A program made the translations under genes and the position numbers. From positions 1,056,001 to 1,120,000 of the forward strand of contig JASGHJ010000001.1 of NCBI GenBank assembly GCA_047602405.1: a stretch of 64,000 bases of DNA, written 5' to 3'. This document shows positions 61,977 to 64,000 of the stretch, piece by piece. The DNA comes from Anaeromyxobacteraceae bacterium. Its GTDB lineage: Bacteria; Myxococcota; Myxococcia; Myxococcales; Anaeromyxobacteraceae. The notes beneath the pieces are model-generated. The model was not told the DNA's origin, did not search any database, and saw nothing but the letters and a program-made list of their open reading frames with translations. Position 1 is the stretch's first letter; the number at the start of each line of letters is the position of its first letter.

Positions 61977-63830
61977 ATGGACGAGGTTCGACCGGCGGCG
62001 CGAGGGCCCGCCTGGCGCGGGTACGCACTCGCGGTGGTGGCGACCGCCCTCGCGTTCTTCGTGCGGGCCGTGCTCCAGCCCTGGCTCGCCCCTCCGTTCA
62101 TCCTCTTCTACCCGGTCGTCCTCCTCGTGGCGCTCGGGTGCGGCCGCGGGCCGGGGCTCGTGGCCACCGCGCTCGCGTCGACGCTCACGCTCGTGTTCGT
62201 CCTGCCGACGAGCGGGCCCCAGGCGGCGCCGGGGGTCGGCTTCGCGGTGGCGGCGTTCTCCGGCGTCTGCGTCGCCGTCAGCCTGCTGTCGGGCCGCTTC
62301 AGGGAGCTGCAGGAGCGCGTCGCCCGGTCGGAGGCGCAGCGGGACTTCCGGGCGCTCTTCGATCAGGCCGCCGTGGGCATGGCCGAGACCGACCTCGAGA
62401 CGGGCCGGTTCGTGCGCGTCAACGATCGCCTGTGCGAGCTCCTGGGCTATCCACGCGAGGAGCTCCTCGCGCTGCGCATCCAGGACGTCACGCACCCGGA
62501 GGATCTGGTGTCGGCCCGGGAGGGCGTGGCGCGCATGCGGGCGCGCGGCGAGCCCTACCGCGTGGCCAAGCGCTACGTGTGCAAGGGCGGCGCGGTCCGC
62601 TCGGTCCGGCTCACCGCGGCGCCGCTCTCGGCGCCGGGAGGGCCGGCCCGGCGCGCCGTGGCCGTGATCGAGGACGAGACCGAGCTGCGCGCGCTCGGGG
62701 ACCAGCTCCGGCAGGCCCAGAAGCTCGAGAGCGTCGGGCGGCTCGCGGGCGGCGTCGCGCACGACTTCAACAACCTCCTGACCGTCATCCTCGGGTGCGT
62801 CGAGGTCGCCCGGCAGGACCGCGCGGACGGCCAGCCGGTGAGCCCCGAGGATCTCGACGAGATCCGCGGGGCGGCGCTGCGCGCCCGGGATCTCACCCGC
62901 CAGCTCCTCACCTTCGCGCGCAAGGGCGTGGCCGAGCCGGTGCCGCTCGACCTCGCCGCGGTGGTGCGCGACACCGAGAAGCTCCTGCGCCGCGCCCTCG
63001 GCGAGGACGTCGGGCTCGCGCTCGAGCTCGAGGCCGCGCCCTGGACCGTGGTCGCCGACCGCGGACAGCTCGAGCAGGTGCTCGTGAACCTGGCCGTGAA
63101 CGGACGGGACGCGATGGGGCCCGGCGGGCGGGTCGAGGTCTCGGTGCGGAACGTCGAGGCCGAGGCGGCCGGGCGGCGCTCGCCCCTGCTCGCCGGGAGG
63201 GACTGGGTGTCGATCGCGGTCCGCGACACCGGCAGCGGCATGTCGGAGGTGGTGAAGGCCCACCTCTTCGAGCCGTTCTTCACGACGAAGCCCGTCGGGA
63301 AGGGCACCGGCCTGGGCCTCGCGAGCGTGCACGGGATCGCCACGCAGGCCGGAGGCCACGTCCTCGTGGAGAGCGCGGAAGGCCGGGGCACCACGGTCGA
63401 GGTGCTCCTGCCGCGGGACCGGGCCCCGCGCGCGGGTGACGGGGGCGGCGCGCCGGAGCGGCGGGGGACCGAGACCGTGCTCGTCGTGGAGGACGACGCC
63501 GCGGTCCGCGCGGTCACGACGCGCACGCTCGAGCGCGCCGGCTACCGCGTGCTCCAGGCTGCCGACGGGGCCGAGGCGCTCGAGGCCGCGCGCGCCCACC
63601 CGGTCGTCCGCGCGGTCGTCACCGACGTGGTCATGCCGGGGATGCCGCTCGCCGAGCTCGTGGACGGGCTCCGCCAGACGCTGCCCGGCGTGAAGGTGCT
63701 CTACGTGTCGGGGTGCCCGAACGACGTGCTGGGTGAGCGCGGGATCGCGGCCGCGCGGGACGAGCTCCTCACGAAGCCGTTCCCGCCCGAGGCGCTGCTC
63801 GCGCGGCTGCGGCAGGTGCTCTCGGCCTGA
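61977..63830 (+). CDS. Hybrid sensor histidine kinase (TM/DUF4118-like, PAS, HisKA, HATPase, REC)
   Basis: GGVAHDFNNLL, QVLVNLAVN, DTGSG, EPFFTTK, GTGLGL, VLVVEDD, TDVVMP. Confidence 0.93.
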   Translation: MDEVRPAARGPAWRGYALAVVATALAFFVRAVLQPWLAPPFILFYPVVLLVALGCGRGPGLVATALASTLTLVFVLPTSGPQAAPGVGFAVAAFSGVCVAVSLLSGRFRELQERVARSEAQRDFRALFDQAAVGMAETDLETGRFVRVNDRLCELLGYPREELLALRIQDVTHPEDLVSAREGVARMRARGEPYRVAKRYVCKGGAVRSVRLTAAPLSAPGGPARRAVAVIEDETELRALGDQLRQAQKLESVGRLAGGVAHDFNNLLTVILGCVEVARQDRADGQPVSPEDLDEIRGAALRARDLTRQLLTFARKGVAEPVPLDLAAVVRDTEKLLRRALGEDVGLALELEAAPWTVVADRGQLEQVLVNLAVNGRDAMGPGGRVEVSVRNVEAEAAGRRSPLLAGRDWVSIAVRDTGSGMSEVVKAHLFEPFFTTKPVGKGTGLGLASVHGIATQAGGHVLVESAEGRGTTVEVLLPRDRAPRAGDGGGAPERRGTETVLVVEDDAAVRAVTTRTLERAGYRVLQAADGAEALEAARAHPVVRAVVTDVVMPGMPLAELVDGLRQTLPGVKVLYVSGCPNDVLGERGIAAARDELLTKPFPPEALLARLRQVLSA

Positions 63831-63903
63831 GGCCGAGGCCCGGGGCCAGCGCTCGACGCGCCACCGGCCGGCGGCGCGGAGCTGCGGGCGCGGCGCGGTC
63901 GCG

Positions 63904-64000
63904 CTAGGCGGCGAGGCCGAGGGCGACGAGCGCCTCGGAGCCGTGCGCGACGGCGCGGGCGAACTCGTCCGGCGTGCGGCAGGGCCTGCCGTTGCGCGCG
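63904..64000 (-). CDS. 3' end of a gene entering from beyond the window
   Basis: ...NGRPCRTPDEFARAVAHGSEALVALGLAA then TAG at 63904. Confidence 0.45.
   Translation of the reverse strand, partial: ARNGRPCRTPDEFARAVAHGSEALVALGLAA

Overview
Very GC-rich bacterial chromosome segment that looks like Anaeromyxobacter/Myxococcota (inferred from gene content and parS type) and spans the replication origin. Core genes are two parS sites, rsmG-jag-yidC-yidD-rnpA-rpmH, dnaA-oriC-dnaN-recF-gyrB, fabH, tRNA-Gln, ileS-lspA-lgt and tRNA-Phe. The main accessory features are: (1) an IS110 element inserted at a CT core inside a REP-like palindrome, with two empty copies of that palindrome elsewhere in the window and a non-coding end that carries a readable bridge-RNA-like target-binding loop; (2) an RNA-repair locus with Ro60/TROVE, three tandem Y-RNA-like genes of different architecture, an IS1182 element, and rtcR, rtcB and rtcA, where TROVE and rtcB share an identical 19-bp sigma54 promoter and a divergent uncharacterised RQGE-motif gene lies next to TROVE; (3) two toxin-antitoxin pairs, an orphan barstar, an AAC(3)-IV-like acetyltransferase, a YaiO/HEAT/GT2 glycan operon and a catalytically dead archaemetzincin. 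Single-base frameshifts, including one in essential dnaN, suggest indel errors in the assembly. All calls come from motif recognition by eye; no searches were run.
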